Assembly: GCA_964406605.1 (NCBI GenBank)
Contig: CAYOSF010000010.1
Span: forward strand, 117,840 to 181,839
Source of the DNA: an uncultured Dehalococcoidia bacterium
GTDB taxonomy: Bacteria > Chloroflexota > Dehalococcoidia > DSTF01 > RBG-16-68-14
Reading direction: 5' to 3'
Length of the DNA: 64,000 nucleotides
The position numbers and the translations under genes were made by a program. Position 1 is the stretch's first letter; each line of letters starts with the position of its first letter. Of the stretch, positions 63,864 to 64,000 are shown piece by piece. The notes below the pieces were generated by a model. It did no database searches. It saw nothing but the letters and a program-made list of their open reading frames with translations, and had not been told where the DNA came from.

Positions 63864-64000
63864 TCAGCTCGCCTGATACCCGTGGAAGGTGCGCCCGACG
63901 AGGATGTTCCGTTCGAGGTCATCCGGATAGGGCAGGCCCTTCCCTTGTTCGGCAACGGCTCCCAGACCTTGCACACCCTTCATCCGCGGATGTTTGGCAA
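63864..64000 (-). CDS. 3' end of an unidentified gene that continues beyond the window
   Basis: The frame is GC3-rich and open to the window edge. It reads ..AKHPRMKGVQGLGAVAEQGKGLPYPDDLERNILVGRTFHGYQAS*. Confidence 0.35.
   Translation of the reverse strand, partial: AKHPRMKGVQGLGAVAEQGKGLPYPDDLERNILVGRTFHGYQAS

Overview
This is a G+C-rich bacterial chromosomal window with strong GC3 bias. It is gene-dense on both strands, and many long antisense ORFs in the track are compositional artefacts. I can support about 60 protein genes. There is no rRNA, no intact tRNA and no CRISPR array.

Ordinary content:
- A nucleoside hydrolase 3' end and a GMC oxidoreductase with its small subunit.
- An LPXTG-anchored lipase-like hydrolase and a GT-C-like membrane glycosyltransferase.
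- An ApbE plus ferric-reductase-like cluster.
- Two crotonases, a Tat-signal sulfatase and a URO-D-family protein.
- A phosphotransferase plus DUF6285 pair, an SDR, a TAP-like alpha/beta hydrolase and a split MprF-like pair.
- A YcaQ/AlkZ-like glycosylase, a GNAT, a HEAT-repeat protein and a SAM methyltransferase.
- Two large PAS-GGDEF-EAL proteins plus a small degenerate GGDEF-like protein.

Features worth a second look:
1. Four secreted 7n-repeat propeller-type proteins all end in dockerin-like Ca-binding modules. Two carry a Cys-pair repeat I cannot assign to a named family (14 and 7 copies, motif ..LDxxGNPVVSY..LKVLHCGDPNC..). The other two are 7-repeat RCC1 proteins flanking a GH114-like lipoprotein and a PHP metallohydrolase. 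No cohesin-like partner is visible in the window.
2. Two insertions are each bracketed by long direct duplications of the neighbouring gene ends. One is a ~7.4 kb double ABC-transporter cassette. The other is a ~3 kb HAMP-PAS-GGDEF-EAL segment.
3. A TrmO-like gene carries an in-frame TGA followed immediately by a perfect 8-bp hairpin.
4. An orphan 3' half of tRNA-Pro(GGG) lies next to an accessory patch. The patch holds an APH(6)-like kinase, an IS3-family transposase remnant, an HxR-variant PLD-like protein and a second kinase.
5. An RHS-core remnant lies in a lower-G+C patch.

LPXTG sorting, PT linkers and the dockerin/RCC1 content suggest a monoderm high-G+C lineage (Actinomycetota- or Chloroflexota-like). 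That is inference only. All family assignments come from motif recognition in the translations, not from database searches.
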